A stretch of 64,000 nucleotides of DNA from NCBI RefSeq assembly GCF_963921235.1, contig NC_086097.1:249366001-249430000 (forward strand). The letters run 5' to 3'. A program made the translations under genes and the position numbers. Below the pieces are notes generated by a model, which worked only from the letters and a program-made list of their open reading frames with translations, ran no database searches and was not told the DNA's origin. Origin of the DNA: Mobula hypostoma. Lineage: Eukaryota. This document shows, one piece after another, positions 1 through 13,900 of the stretch (position 1 is its first letter; every line of letters starts with the position of its first letter).

Positions 1-1095
1 ACTATGGAGATGTCCTCCTTCAAAGAAAGGAGTTTGCCTTCCTCCACCATCAATGTTGTCCTCAACCACATCTCTTCCATTTCACGCACGTCTGCCCTCA
101 CCCCATCAGAGATAGGGTTCCTCTTGTCCTCACCTACCACCTGATCAGCCTCCACATCCAGCACATAATTCCCCATAACCTCTGACGAGATCCCACCACC
201 AAGCACATCTTACCCCCTACCCCCAAAACTTTCTGCAGGGATCGCTCCCTACTTGACTCCTTCCTCACTGATCTCCCTCCTGGCATTTATCCTTGCAAGC
301 AGAACAAGTGCTATACCTGCCCCAACACCTCCCTCACTAGCATTCAAGGCTCCAAAAAGTCCTTCAAGGTAAGGTGACACTTCACCTGCAAGTCTTTTGG
401 GGTCATCTACTGCAATCGGTGCTCCCAGTGTAGCCTGCTGTATATTGGTGAAATCTGATGTAGACTGGGAGACCACTTCGCCGAGCAGCTACATTCCCTC
501 TGCCCGAAAAAGCAGGATCTCCCAGTGGCCACCCATTTTAATTCCACTCCCATTCCCATTCCGATATGTCAATCCATGGCCTCCTCTACTGTTGCGATGA
601 GGCCACACTCAGGCTGGAGGAGCACTTTATATTCCATCTGAGCAGCCTCCAACCTGATGACATGAACATCAATTTCTTGAACTTCCAGTAATGACACCCC
701 CCACTTCACCATTCCCCATCCCCTTGTCCCTCTCTTCTCATCTCATCTCCTTACCTTCCCATCATGCCCCTCTGGTGCTCCTCCCCCTTTTCTTTCTTCC
801 ATGGCCTTCCGTCCTCTCCTGTTAGATCCTCCCCAACCCTGTATCTCTCACCAACTTCCCAGCTCTTTACTTCACCTCTCCCACTTTCACCTATCCCCTC
901 GTGTTTCTCCCTCCCACCTCCCCCCCATCTTCTAACTCTAACTCATCTTTTTTCTCCAGTCCTCCTGAAGGGTCTCTACCTGAAACATCAACTGTACTCT
1001 TTTCCAGAGCTGCTGCCTAGCCTGCTGAGTTCCTCCAGCATTTTGTGTGTGTTGCTTAGATTTCCAGCATCTACAGATTTTCTCTTGTTTGTGAG
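1..1095 (+). mobile_element. Penelope-like retroelement 3' remnant (GIY-YIG endonuclease, pyrimidine tract, decayed hammerhead, 3' terminus)
   Basis: 381-490 translates as FTCKSFGVIYCNRCSQCSLLYIGEI*CRLGDHFAE (GIY-YIG). Decayed hammerhead at about 956-994. Terminus ccagcatctacagattttctcttgtttg. Confidence 0.85.
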
Positions 1096-2240
1096 TAGGC
1101 TAAAGAAGGACTTAGACAGATCAGAAGAATGGGCAAAGAAGTGACAATTGGAATATAGTGTTGGGAGGTGTATGGTCATGTGCTTTGGTAGAAGGAAGGA
1201 CAGACTAGGTTAATTTTCAGGTTGAGTCGACGGTGAGGAAGGCAAATGTAACGTTAACATTCATTTCAAGAGGACTAGAACATCATTCCAATTATTGATT
1301 TAAGTACTGTGCAGATGCAACAGGTCCAACAAACAGCTTGAAAAAGCAACGTTTTTTGATGAGAGTCATTGACTAGAGTACTGCAGAGATCCAACAGGAG
1401 CACTCCCATGCAGGTTCAACAAAGAGCTTTTAAAAACCCAGTCTCTACAAAAGAGATACCGCCTAGCGGAGCAGTCTTCGAAGTAGTCTTGAGTCAGAGC
1501 AGCAAGGCTTCGGCAAGAACAGGTGGAAGCTAGGTAAGTTCATTCCTATTTCTTATTCAACTCTTTTGAGAATAGTGGGTATATCTACAGAGCCAGTGTT
1601 CCGTTCTGGGTGTCAGATGTGGGATTTCCAGGAGACTTGCAGCTTCCCCGATGGCCACATCTGCACCAGGTGCATCGAGACGCAGCTCCTGAGAGAATGT
1701 GTTAAGAGCAGACTAGATGGGCCAAATGGCCTAATTCTGCTCCTATATCCTATGGTTTTATTTCAGCTGATCTGACAATCCATATTCATGGAATTATTGT
1801 ACTCCCTCTACTGCAAGTATTTTAAGATGGAACCCTCGCATCCACAGGTATGGTCCCACCACAGCACTATTTAACTACAGAATGACTTGTTAGTCACATA
1901 GTAAAATGTAACCTGCAATACAGGACAGGATGCTATTTGCTCTCCTAATCACACGTGCCCGATTGTTAACTGTCATTATTTCATTGCTAGGAATAGAGGT
2001 TCCTCCAATCCTTCACCATTAATAAAAGCTTTGCCGTCATTTCTGCCGAAGCGAACGGCTTCACACCTTCAGCCACATCCACTGTCCACGTCTCACCCGT
2101 TCAACGAGTTCCTATTGATTATACTTCACTTGGGTCTTCTCATCCAAATCCTGGCCAGTAAACAGCTGGGACTCAGGAGAATGCCCGTAGCACCCCACCA
2201 GCTACAACCACACAATGACCTCTTTGTGCTGTTTGATTTC
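1096..2240. mobile_element. Cluster of CR1 fragments (RT piece, 5'UTR/ORF1 zinc finger, old minus-strand RT)
   Basis: LKKDLDRSEEWAKK; CQMW...HICTRCIETQLLRE, matching the other CR1 ORF1 starts in this window; decayed RT-like sequence on minus at 1760-2240. Confidence 0.65.
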
Positions 2241-2539
2241 CAGTATCAATCTTCAATCCATGTCAGCAGATTATTCCAATATCAGATTCTCAAATTTTAC
2301 TTAATGTGTGGCACCTTCTTGAAGACAAAAGCCAAAACACACCCAATCCATCTATTCCCTCCAATCCTATTTGTACAACCTCAGACTAATGGATTTATTG
2401 AGCATCGATTCCCTTTAATAACTCCCCAATCCTACTATCATTTTCTGAATACCAATTACTATTTCTTTAATCCTATAGCTATTACTACTTCTTTAATTCT
2501 ACTATTTTCTACATATTACACTGCAGTATACTTTACAGA

Positions 2540-2850
2540 AAGGAGCCGAAAAGGGGCCAGTAACTTCATGAAGGATTCCATCCACTCTGCTTATGGACTG
2601 TTTGCCCCACTCCCATCAGGGAGGAGGCTACGGAGCATCCACGCCAGGAAGACTAGGTTCAGGAAGTTACTTTCCCCAAGCAGTAAGTCAGATGAACACC
2701 TCCACCCACTAACCCACCCCTCCACACCCCCAACCACCACGACTTTATCATTTCCTGCCAGTCACCTTACGAACAGACACTCCTGTGCCTAGCGTCACTT
2801 TATGGACATACAATTAATAGGTATAAATACATAAGATAGCTTATAGCTGT
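2540..2850 (+). mobile_element. Rex1/Babar-type LINE 3' fragment
   Basis: KDSIHSAYGLFAPLPSGRRLRSI; a similar copy lies at 51385-51740. Confidence 0.65.
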
Positions 2851-3040
2851 GCGTTTTTAAACCCACAACAACTGCTGCGTGAGAGTACAACACAGGAACA
2901 CTACGTTGTGCCAAACCAGCTAAAAAGTAAATCAAAAATCCTCAAAATCTAATCCCTCCTACCAACATAATGTCCATATCCCTCCATCTCCCTCATATTC
3001 ACATGCTTATCTAAACATTTCTTAGAAGCCTCTAGTGTAC

Positions 3041-3237
3041 TTGCAACACACAAAATGCTGGAGGAACTCAGCAGGCCAGCCAGCACCTACAGAAAAGAGT
3101 AAATAGTCCATATTTCATGCTGAGACCCTCGAAATATTGACTGTTACTCTTTTCCACTGCTGCCCGATCTGCTGAGTTCTTTCAGTATTTTGTGTGTGAT
3201 GCTCTGGGTTTTCAGCGTCTGCAGATTTTCTCCTGTT
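3041..3237. mobile_element. Penelope-derived fold-back short element
   Basis: An antisense copy followed by a sense copy of the Penelope 3' terminus, joined at gagaccctc|gaaatattgactg. Confidence 0.75.
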
Positions 3238-3985
3238 AATGTATTTGCCTCTACCATACCAGGCAGTGCAGTCCAGGTATCCACCACTCAGAGTTTAAAA
3301 AAAAAACTTACACCTCACATCCATCCCCTTTGAACCTACCCCCTCTCACCTTCAATGCATGCACTCTAGAACTAAACACTTCTACACTGCGAAACAGATA
3401 CTCTCTGTCCCTGAAATGGATGCTAACATGGCATTTGCCTTCCTCACCACCAACTCAACCTGCAAGTTAACCTTCAGGGTGTTTTGCACAAGGACTCCCA
3501 AGTCCTTCTGCATCTCAGATTCCTGGATTTTCTCCCTGTTTAGAAAAAAGTCTGCACATTTATTTCTACTACCAAAGTGTATGTCAATGCATTTTCCAAC
3601 ATTGTATTTCATTTGCCACTTTCTTGCCCATTCTCCTAATCTGTCCAAGTTCTTCTGCATCCTACCTGTTTCCTCAACAATACCTGCTTCTCCACCAATC
3701 TTCATATCATCTGCAAACTTGGCAACAAAACCATCTATTCCATCATTGAAATCATTTATATACAGCAAAAAGGAAATGGTCCCAACACCAACCCCTGCAG
3801 AACACCACTAGTCATTGGCAGCCAAGCAGAAAAGGATCCTCTTATTCCCACTCGCTGCCTCCTACCTATCAGCCAATGCTCTAACCACGCTAGTAACTTT
3901 CCTGTAATACCATAGCCTCTTAACTTGGTAAGCAGCCTCATGTGTGGCATCTTCTTCTTCTGAAAGTCCAAATATACAACATCCA

Positions 3986-4299
3986 GTGTTGGCGCATGGC
4001 CAAATGGTTAAGGCATCGGTCTAGTGATCTGAAGGTCGCTAGTTCAAGCCTCAGCTGAGGCAGCGTGTTGTGTCCTTGACCAAGGCACCTAACCACACAT
4101 TGCTCTGCGACGACACTGGTGCCAAGCTGTATCGGCCCTAGTGCCCTTCCCTTGGACAACATTGGTGGCATGGAGAGGGGAGACTTGCAGCATGGGCAAC
4201 TGCCGGTCTTCCATAAAATCTTGCCCAGGCCTGCGCCCTGGAAACCTTCCAAGGCGCAAATCCATGGTCTTACGAGACTAACGGATGCCTAAAAAAAAA
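3986..4299 (+). mobile_element. tRNA-derived SINE
   Basis: A box TGGCCAAATGG, B box AGTTCAAGCC, poly-A tail, ATCCA TSD. Interrupts the CR1 RT region. Confidence 0.9.
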
Positions 4300-7200
4300 A
4301 TCCACTGCACCCCCTTTATCTATCCTACTTCTAATCTCCTCAAAGAATTCCAACAGATTCATCAGGTGGGATTTTCCCTGAAGGAAACCATGCTGACTTT
4401 GTACTATTTTGCCCTGTGGCACCAAGTACTCCATCACCTCATCGTTAACAATTGACTCTAACATCTTCCCAACCACTGAGGTCAGGCTAACTGGTCTATA
4501 ATTTCCTTTCTGCTGCCTTCCTCCTTTCTTAAAGAGTGGAGTGACATTTGCAATTTTCCAGACCTCTGGCATCATTCCACCACAATCTCTAATGCTACCT
4601 CTTTCAGAACCCTAGGGTGCAGTTCATCTGGTCCAGGTGACTTATGTACCCTTAGGTCTTTCAGCTTTTTGAGCACTTTCTCTATTGTAACTAACTGCAC
4701 CAACTTCTCTTTCTTCACACACATCAGGCATACTGCTAGTGTCTTCCACAGTGAAGACTGTCACAAAATACTCACTTGTTCATCAGCCATCTCTTTGTCC
4801 CCCGCTATTATTTCTCCTGCCTCATTTTCTAGCGGTCTTATATCCGCTGTCATTTCTCTTTTATCTTTAATATACTATTCACTTTGATATTGTTTGCTAG
4901 CTTGCTTTCATATTTCATCTTTTCCCTTCTAATGATTTTTTTTCAGTTGCCCTCTGTGGGTTTTTAAAAACTTCCCAATCCTCTATTTTCCCATTAATTT
5001 TTGCTTTGTTGTATGCATTTTCTTTTGCTTTTACAATAGCTTTGACTTCCCTTGTCAGCCATGGTTTGAGTATTTTACCATTTGAGTACTTCTTCATTTT
5101 TGGAATACACATGTCCTGCACCTTCCTCATTTTTCCCAGAAATGCACATCATTGCTGCTCTGCTGACATCCCTGCCAGCAGCTCCTTCCAATTTACTTTG
5201 GCCAACTCCTCTCTCAGATCACTGTAATTTCCCTTACTCCACTGAATTACTGCTACGTCAGACTTTACTTTCTTCCTATCAAATTTTATGTTGAATACAA
5301 TCATATTGTGATCATTTTTTCCTAAGGGTTCTTTTATCTTAAGCTCCCTAATCGCCTCTGGTTCATTACATAACATCCAGTCCAGTACAGCTGATCCCCT
5401 AGTAGGCTCAACGACAAACTGCTCTAAAAAGCTCTCTTAGGCATTCAACAAACTCACTCTCTTGTGATCCATGACCAACCTGATTTTCCCAATCAACCTA
5501 CATGTTAAAACCTCCCACGACTACCATAACATTGCCATTTTGACTAGCCTTTTCTATTTCCTGTTGTAACCTGTGGTCAGCCTCCCAGCCACTGTTGGGA
5601 GGCCTGTATATAACTGCCATCAATGTCCTTTTACCCTTGCAGTTTCTTAAAGGATTCAACATCTTCTGATCCCATGTCACATCTTTTTACTGATTTGATG
5701 CTATTCTTTACCAGTAGAGCCACACCACCCCCTCTGCCTACCTTCCTATCTCTCCGAACTACAACCATCTTTCAGCCATAATTCAGTGATGGTCACAACA
5801 TCTTACCTGGTAATTCGTAATATTGCAACAAGATCACCCACCTTATTTCTTATACTACGTGCATTCAGATACAACACCTTGAGTACTGTATTTGCTATCC
5901 TTTCTGAATCTGCATTCCTAATGATTTGGTACTCAGCCTGTTGGCTGCAACTAAGTCCCATCACTTGCCTGCCTTCCCTGACAGTCTGACTGCACGCCAT
6001 CTTTACTTTTTTACCATTCGTCCTATCATGAGTCCCTTCAATAGAGTTCCCTCCCCCCTGTAAACCCTCCCCAACAGCTCTAATAAACCTGCTCACGAGA
6101 ATATTGGTCCCCCTCTGGTTCAGTGTAACCTGTCACTTTTGAACTGGTCATACCTCCCCCAGAAGAGATCCCAGTTATCCAAGTACCTGAAGCCCTGCCC
6201 CCTGCACCAGTTTCTCAGCCACACATTTATCTACCGAATCATCCTGTTTCTACCCTCACTGGCGCGCGGCACAGGCAGCAATCCAAAAATTACTAGCCGG
6301 GAGGTCCTGCTTCTCTGCTTTCTACCTAGCTCTCTCAATTCTCGTTTCAGGACTTCATTGCTTTTCCTTCCTATGTCATTGGTACCAATATGCATCAAGA
6401 CATCTGGCTGCACCCCTCCCTCTCCAAAACGTGGATGCGATCTGCGACATCCCTGACCCTGGCACCTGGGAGGCAACATACCATCCGGGTGTCCCGTTCA
6501 CGTCCACAGAATCTCCTGTCTGTTCCCCTCACTATTGAGTTCCCTATCATTACTGCTCCCTTCTCTCTCTTTCCCTTCTACACCATGGACCCATGCTCAG
6601 TGCCTGTAACCAAGTCCCCGTGGCATTCTCCCAGGAGGTCATCCCCCACAGAAGTATCCAAAGCAGTATACTTGTTTTTGAGGGGAATAGCCACAGGGGT
6701 ACTCCGCTCTAACTGCCTACTTCCATTTCTCCTGACAGTCACCCAGCTACTTGCCTCCTGCAACTTCGGGGTGACTACTTCCTTGTAACTTTGATCAATC
6801 ATATCCTCACTCTCCCGTACAAGATGAAAGTCAGCCAGTTGCTCCTCCAGATCCCTAACATGGTCTTCAAGGAGCTGCAGTGAATGCACTTCATGCAGAC
6901 GTAGTACCCAGGAGACTTTAGGTCTCCCAAAACTCCAACATCTGGCACGAAGAGCACACCACAGCCATAGAAATGGTATGGTAAAAGAAGAAAAAAAGTA
7001 AAAAGGAAACTTTAACAGACGCTTTACACAGAGTCGAAGCCTCCTTTGAGCCAAAGCCTGTCGCTTCTACTCTCGCCACTGGCTTACTCCTGACAATGAC
7101 TGTTCCACTTATCCTTCTGTTCGTAGAGGTCTGTTGGTGCTGCTGATAGGCCCCATGCAATGGACAAACGCCCTCGAAGCTCCCTTTTAAAATAACCACC

Positions 7201-7757
7201 GCCAACCTGTGAGAAATACCTCCTTGTAAAGCTCTGTTGATGCCACTGATAGGCCCCATGCAATGGACAAACGCTCTTGAAGTTCCCTTTTTAATTAACC
7301 GCCGCTGACCTGCGAGAACTAGCTCTTCGTAGAGCTCTGTTGACGCCACTGATAGGCCCCGTATTTGTCACACATACACTGAAACGGTGAAATGCATTGC
7401 TCGTGTCAATGAGATGTGCTGGAGGCAACCCGCAAGTCTCGCCATGCTTCCAGTGGTCACAACTTACGCACCCTAACCCACAAGTCTTTGGAGAGTGGGA
7501 GGAAACTGAAATACCCAGAAGAACGGAGAGGACAAATCCCTTACATACAGCAGCGGGAACTGAACCCTGAACCTTACAGCGGGCACTGCAAACCATTGCA
7601 GTAACTGCTATGACAGAATTTTGAAAGAATACAACCAGTTGATACTATGCTGTTATGCAGCAGTATTTTCTCTTCAAGTAATTTACTTTTCATAAAATTC
7701 CAATTTATTATGATGACCAGTAAACAAAAAAGTTTTAGTGGTTGTAGTAATGCTCAC

Positions 7758-7955
7758 CGTTACTGAATGTTCTTCTCGTTACTTCCCACAAAACAAGTCC
7801 AAATGCCCAGATGTCCACACGTTTGTAGGCATCAAAGCAGTCAACTTGAATAGATTCATCAAGTACCTCTGGAGCCATGTAACGTTTGGTGCCCACTTTC
7901 GGATTATTTCCAACATCTAATTGATTATTGGTTTGTGAATGCATCACTGCTAATC
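7758..7955 (-). CDS. acvr1l: Activin receptor type-1(-like), coding exon 7 (activation segment)
   Basis: [34 protein letters not shown]...[15 protein letters not shown]. Splice sites tttgtag| and |gtgag; 198 nt. Confidence 0.97.
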
Positions 7956-8049
7956 CTACAAAGAGAGACAGGTGTTTAACACAATTATCATTTAGTTCAT
8001 AAAACACTCGCTCCCAACCATTAGCCCCTACCAATAACGGTGGAAACCC

Positions 8050-8645
8050 TGCCATAAACCATAAAGGAGAATTAGGCCATTCAGCTCATCAAACCTGCTT
8101 TGCCATTCCGTAATAGCTGACTTATTATCCCCCTCAACCCCATTCTCCTCCCTTCTCCCTGTAACATCTGACACACTTACTAATCAATAACCTATCCACC
8201 TCCACTTTAAATATACCCAATGACTTGGCCTCCACAGCTGTCTGTGAGCAAACTCCACCACCGTCTGGCTAAAGAAATTCCTCCTCATATGTCTTTGCAT
8301 TGAGGCTGAGCCTTCTGGTCCTAGACTTACCCCATTACTGAAAACCTCTGGGCCTCTGAATATTCAACATGTTTCAACGAGATCCCCTCTCATTCTTTTA
8401 AACTCCAGCAAGTACAGGCCTAGAGCCATCAAGCGCTCCTCACACATTTACCCTTTCATTCTTGGAACCTCCTGTGGACTCTCTCCAAAGCCGGCACATC
8501 TTTTCTTAGATAAGGGGCCCAAAACTGCTCACAATACTCCAACTGTGGTCTGACCAATGCCCTATAAACCCTCAGCATTGCATCCCTTGCTCTTATATTC
8601 TAGTCCTCTCAAAATGAATGCTAACATTACATTTGCCTTCCTCAT
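8050..8645 (-). mobile_element. CR1 3' fragment
   Basis: Similar to the other CR1 3' ends here; fills most of the 744-nt intron between the last two exons. Confidence 0.75.
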
Positions 8646-8699
8646 CATTTAGTCATTTTCTTCAAAAGTGTTGATAAGGTGACATTTTTAAAAACTCAC

Positions 8700-8975
8700 C
8701 AAGATCAGCAATGCAACAGTGCAGATTTTTTTTAACTAAGATATTTTTGCTTTTCAAATCCCTGTGAGCAATTGCAGGTTTTCCCTCAGTTCCAAAAATT
8801 TCATTGTGGAGGTGTACCAGTCCGTTGGCGATAGACAAGGCAAAATTGAGGCAGACCACAGTGTCCACTGTGTTACGTTGCAAGTAGTCGTAAAGTGAAC
8901 CATTTTCATGATAATGAGTGATGAGCCACAGCTGAGTGCTCGAATTCCTCGAAGTCATATCTGACGCAATGAAAC
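8700..8975 (-). CDS. acvr1l: Activin receptor type-1(-like), coding exon 6 (L45 loop, catalytic loop)
   Basis: [32 protein letters not shown]...[16 protein letters not shown]...CCIADL. Splice sites ttttcttgaag| and |gtgag; 276 nt. Confidence 0.97.
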
Positions 8976-9129
8976 CTTCAAGAAAATCAAAATATCTACT
9001 ATCAATAACAAGAAAATGAAACGTATAAATATCGAAATTAAGGCATAAAGAGGAATCTGAATATATAAAGAATGCATGGACAAGTGCAAAGTACCTTTGC
9101 GTATGCTGTACTCATTGCATTTTACCACA

Positions 9130-9264
9130 CAGACAAGAGAAAATCTGCAGACGCTGGAAATCTGAGCAACACACACAAAATGCTGAAGAAACTCAGCGGA
9201 CCAGGCAGCATCTATGAAAAAAAGTACGGTCGACATTTCGACCCGAAATATCGACTGTACTTTT
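9130..9264. mobile_element. Penelope-derived fold-back short element
   Basis: Antisense Penelope terminus ending aaaagtacggtcgacatttcg, then folding back as cccgaaatatcgactgtactttt. Confidence 0.75.
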
Positions 9265-9280
9265 GTCCAGACGTTACACA

Positions 9281-10418
9281 CACTCAGTGGCAATGTTCCC
9301 TCTCATTTGTAATGACCAGCCCAGTGCCAACAACATGTGTGTGTTGAATTTTATATATAGAAGTATTCCTTTTAACAGCCAGCAAAACACTGCCGACAAG
9401 AACTTTGATCTCCTCTGGGGTTGATCATTTTCACTCTCATTCATCTGCACTCCCAGAGAACTTGCGTAGCAGGCCTTCAGCAAGTAATGAAGAATTTCCT
9501 CACTGGAGCTTTTGCACCCTATCCATATGTGATTTGCTTGCTAAAGGACACTTTTAAAAAGTCAAGTTTCCAAATATCACTCCACTTCTTCCCATTTGCA
9601 AATACTCCAGCAATTTTTGCATTGCGACAATACGCAGGTAACAGCAGTTTCAGGATTGTACATAAATATTTCTCGCAGCTGCATGTTCCTGACCTCATGA
9701 GCTTTTGGTGCAGCAGCTTCTACTGTTTCATTAAGCCATTCTGCTTTATGTGATTTTGTATAATTGAGAAATATACTTAACATAAGGTAGAGGGTGACAA
9801 CCTTTTAGCAGTTTTAATTCCTTTGTGCGTTATCAGCAAAAGACGTGTGTGTGCGCACACCTAAAGAGGGAACCTTGTTCAGTGGCCACTTTATTAGGTA
9901 CACCAGCACTCTTGCTCGTTAATGCAAATATCTAATCAGCCAATCATGTGGTAGCAACTCAATGCATTAAACCATATAAACAAAATCAAGAGGATCAGTC
10001 ATTTAGCCCAAACATCAGAATGGAGAAGGAATGTGACCTAAGTGAATTTAACTGTGGAATGATTGTTGGTGCCAGACGGGGTGGTTTGAATATCTCAGAA
10101 ACTGCTGATCTCCTGAGAGTTCACACATAGCATTCTCATGAGTTTGCAGAGAATAGTACAAAAAAAACCCCAAACATTTCCAGTGAGGGGCCATTCTGTG
10201 GATGAAAATATCTTGTTAATGAGATCAGAGGAAAATGACCAGACTGATTCAAGCTGATAGGAAGCCAAGAGTAACTCAAATAACCACACGTTACAACAGT
10301 GGTGTGCAGAAGCGCATTTCTGAATGCACAACATGTCGAACCTTAAAGTAGATGGGCTACAGCAGTAGAAGACTACAAACGGTTCCACTCCTAGACATGA
10401 TAAAGTGGCTACTGAGAG
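9281..10418 (+). mobile_element. Tc1-like non-autonomous DNA transposon
   Basis: TIRs cactcagtggccactttattagg / taaagtggctactgagag followed by TA; HTH remnant CDLSEFNCGMIVGARRGGLNISETADLL. Confidence 0.85.
9291..9877 (-). mobile_element. hAT-type internally deleted element inserted in the Tc1 TIR
   Basis: TIRs CAATGTTCCCTCT / AGAGGGAACCTTG; 8-bp TSD (c/t)tcagtgg; related copy at about 59562-60190. Confidence 0.8.
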
Positions 10419-10990
10419 TACATTTCAGCCATATGTACTTAGGAACCTTTTCCAGACTCCCTGGAGTGCATTGATTTGTTGAACCTTTCCAATTCATTCT
10501 CATCATTCTGAATTAGGTTTTAGCACACTGTCTTTAACATTTTTGAAATGGACAATCATCATATCTCACATCACAATTCTGAAAACAGCAATAGAGTAAT
10601 GAATTTACTTAAACTGGTACAATCAATAACAAAATGGCCTTTTTAACCAACTTTTGTATTTTTTTTAAGAACTTTTCCTCACTTGAGTTTAAGATCTTTT
10701 TCTCTCTAACTTGCAAAACTTAAAACCTTGAATGAAATTCTTAAACCCAGATTCAAATTCATTTACCACATGAACATTGAAACATACAGTGAAATATGTT
10801 AACAACCAACACGATCTGAGGATATGATGGATACAGCCCATAAGTGTCACCATTCTGGCGCCAACATAGCAAATCCACAATATTCCAACAGGATCAGCAA
10901 AACAAACGCCTTTCCCATCCCTCAACCCCACTCACTCACCCAAACGAGCTTCCAATCCCAGGACCAGCTGAGCACCCTGAATAGAAATTA

Positions 10991-13900
10991 TACTGGACCA
11001 CAAAGATTTTGCTTCCTAAATACTTTTGAGTGTATCTTACGGATTTTGGGCAGCTGATCACGAAAATCACCATGAAATTTCCTGTCACGCAACTTTTTTT
11101 TGTTTTGAGATTGCCTGTATTTCTTATTTCAATTCATAATTCGAGTCAGAATAACTGGTGCCAAGATTAAGTAAGGCATTTTTGTTCGTCCACAAATCAA
11201 ACAGGTCATCAATGATAGGCAATTCGAAGAACTTCTTGTGGAACCAGAGTAAATTATTTCTTCACTGGTTTGATAGGGGCACAACTGTGCAAGTGTGTGG
11301 ACATCAGCCACTGAGGACAGTGAGAAGAGTTTAAAAGGAGACTGTTATTTCTTCAGTGATTTGATCGGAGCACAACTGTGTAAGCACATGGACGTCAGCC
11401 AGTGAGATCAGCAAGAAGAGTTTAAAAGGAGACAACTTTATAGAGCGGGCAACAGAGGAGAGGGAGACAGAGTAGAAAGCCTTTGGCTGAACGGGGCTTC
11501 GGTGATAATGGGTCGAGGTGAGGTAGATTATCTGTGTAGATTACAGACAGGAAATATGTGTGTGAGGCCAGTGTTCTGTGCTCGGTGTCAGACATGGTAA
11601 GTCCTGGAGACTCCCAGGCACCTACATCTGTGCCAGGTGCGTCGAGTTGCAGCTCCTGAGGGATAGTGTTAGGGAACTGAAGATGCAGCTCGATGACCTT
11701 CGTCTGGCTAGGGAGAGTGAGGAGGTGATAGAGAGGAGCTATAGGCAGGTAGTCACACCGGGGACTCAAGAGACAGACAAGTGGGTAACAGTCAGGAGAG
11801 GGAAGGGCAGGAGTCAGAGGCTAGAGAGTACCCCTGTGGCTGTGCCCCTTAACAATAAGTACTCCTGCTTGAGTACTGCTGGGGGGGGGGGGGGGCTGCC
11901 GGGGGGAAGCAACAGTGGTCGTGCCTCCGGCACAGAGTCTGGCCCTGTGGCTCAGATGGGTAGTGAAAGGAAGAGATGGCAGCAGTGATTGGGAACTCTA
12001 TAGTTAGGGGGTCAGACAGGTGATTCTGTGGACGCAGGAAGGAAGCATGGATGGTAGTTTGCCTCCCAGGTGCCAGGGTCCGGGACGTCTCTGATCGCGT
12101 CCACGATATCCTGAAGTGGGAAGGAGAACAGCCAGAGGTTGTGGTACACATTGGTACCAATGTCATAGGCAGGAAAAGGGAGGAGGTCCTGAAAGCAGAC
12201 TACAGGGAGTTAAGAAGGAAGTTGAGAAGCAGGTCTCAAAGGTAGTCATCTTGGGATTACTGTCTGTGCCACGTGACAGTAAGTATAGGAATACAGTGAG
12301 GTAGAGGATAAATGCGTGGCTGGAGCAGGGGGTAGGAATTCAGATTTCTGGATCATTGGGATCTCTTTTGGGGCAGGAGTGACCTGTACAAAAAGGATGG
12401 GTTGCACTTGAATCCCAGGGGGACCAATATCCTGGTGGGGAGGTTTGTTAAGGGGAGAGTTTCAACTAGGATTGCTGGGGGGTGGGAACCAAACTGAGGA
12501 GATGGAGGAAGGGGCGGTTAGCTCACAAATAGAGAAAGCTTGTAGACAGTGTGAGAGGGAGGATAGGTAGGTGATAGAGAAGGCACTTGAGATGTGTCTA
12601 TTTTAATGCAAGGAGTATTATGAACAAAGCGGCTGAGCTTAGAGCGTGGATCAGTACTTGGAGCTATGATGTTGTGGCCATTCAGAGACTTGGATGGCTC
12701 AGGGGCAAGAATGGTTACTTCGAGTGTCAGACTTCAGATGTTTCAGAAAGAACAGGGAGGGAGGCAAAAGAGGTGGGGGCTTGGCACTGTTGATCAGAGA
12801 TAGTGTCACGGCTGCAGAAAAGGAGGAAGTCATGGAGGGATTGTCTACGGAGTCTCTGTGGGTGGAAGTTAGAAACAGGAAAGGGTCAATAACTCTACTG
12901 GGTGTTTTTATAGACCACCCAATAGTAACAGGGACATCGAGGAGCAGATAGGGAGACAGATTCTGAAAAGGAGTAATAATAAGAAGGTTGTCGTGGTGAG
13001 AGATTTTAATTTCCCAAATATTGATCGGCATCTCCCTGGAGCAAGGGGTTTAGATGGGGTTGAGTTTGTTAGGTGTGTTCAAGGTTTCTTAACACAATAT
13101 GTAGATAAGCCTACAAGAGGAGAGACTGTACTTGATCTGGTGTTGGGAAATGAACCTGGTCAGTTGTCAGATCTCTCAGTGGGAGAGAATTTTGGAGATA
13201 GTGTGATCACAATTCTATTCCCTTTACCACAGCAGTGTTTAATTGGAGTAAAGGGGAAATATGAGGCTATCGGGAAGGAACTTGGAAGTATAGATTGGGA
13301 ACGGATGTTCTCAGAGAAATGTACGGAAGAAGTGTGGCAAATGTTCAGGGGATAGTTGTGTGGAGTTCTGCATAGGTAAGTTCCAATAAGACAGGGTAAG
13401 GACTGTAGGGTACAGGAACCGTGGTGTACAAAGGCTGTTGTAAATCTAGTCAAGAAGAAAAGTAAGAACTTACGAAAGGTTCAAAAAACTAGGTAATAAT
13501 AGAGATCTAGAAGATTATAAGGCTAGCAGGAAGGAGCTAAAGGAAGAAATTACGAGAGCCAGAAGGGGCATGAGAAGGCCTTGGCGGGCAGGATTTAGGA
13601 AAACGCCAAGGCATTCTACAAGTATGTGAAGGGCAAGATGATAAGATGTGAGAGAATAGGACCAATCAAGTGTGACAGTGGAGAAGTGTGTATGGAACCG
13701 CAGGAGATAGCAGAAATACTTAATGAGTACTTTGGATCAGTATTCACTACAGAAAAGGATCTTGACGATTGTAAGGATGACTTACAGCAGACTGAAAAGC
13801 TTGAGCATGTAGATATTAAGGAAGAGGATGTGCTGGAGCTTTTGGAAATCATCAAGTTGGTTAAGTCACCAGGACCGGACAAGATGTACCCCAGAGTTCT

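Larger units (their letters stand above)
2940..7360 (-). mobile_element. CR1 LINE, 5'-intact but decayed, interrupted by a SINE and a Penelope fold-back
   Basis: ORF1 esterase motif HIGTND; endonuclease motifs YLNARSIRNK and VIYRPPNS; RT motifs NYRPVSLTS, QHGF and FADD; tandem 5' monomers at 7130-7360. Confidence 0.9.

Noticed and set aside
956..994. Active hammerhead at the end of the first Penelope relic (also 46822-46860)
   Set aside because: Catalytic core is mutated (CUGAUGA lost here; GAAA>AAAA at 46848), so it is probably inactive.
2031..2792. 253-aa ORF
   Set aside because: Chance read-through across an antisense decayed CR1, AT-rich sequence and a Rex1 tail; no coherent domain.
3986..4070. 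tRNA-like sequence (also 30682-30765)
   Set aside because: SINE head: it continues into a shared body with tail and TSD and lacks a proper acceptor stem.
7130..7360. Regularly repeated units resembling a CRISPR array
   Set aside because: Whole ~103-bp tandem monomers with no unique spacers, in eukaryotic CR1 5'UTR context.
1..7757. Final receptor kinase exons (expected ..YKPPF..DPSFEDM..)
   Set aside because: Not found by eye; the region is almost all TE, so they probably lie outside the window.
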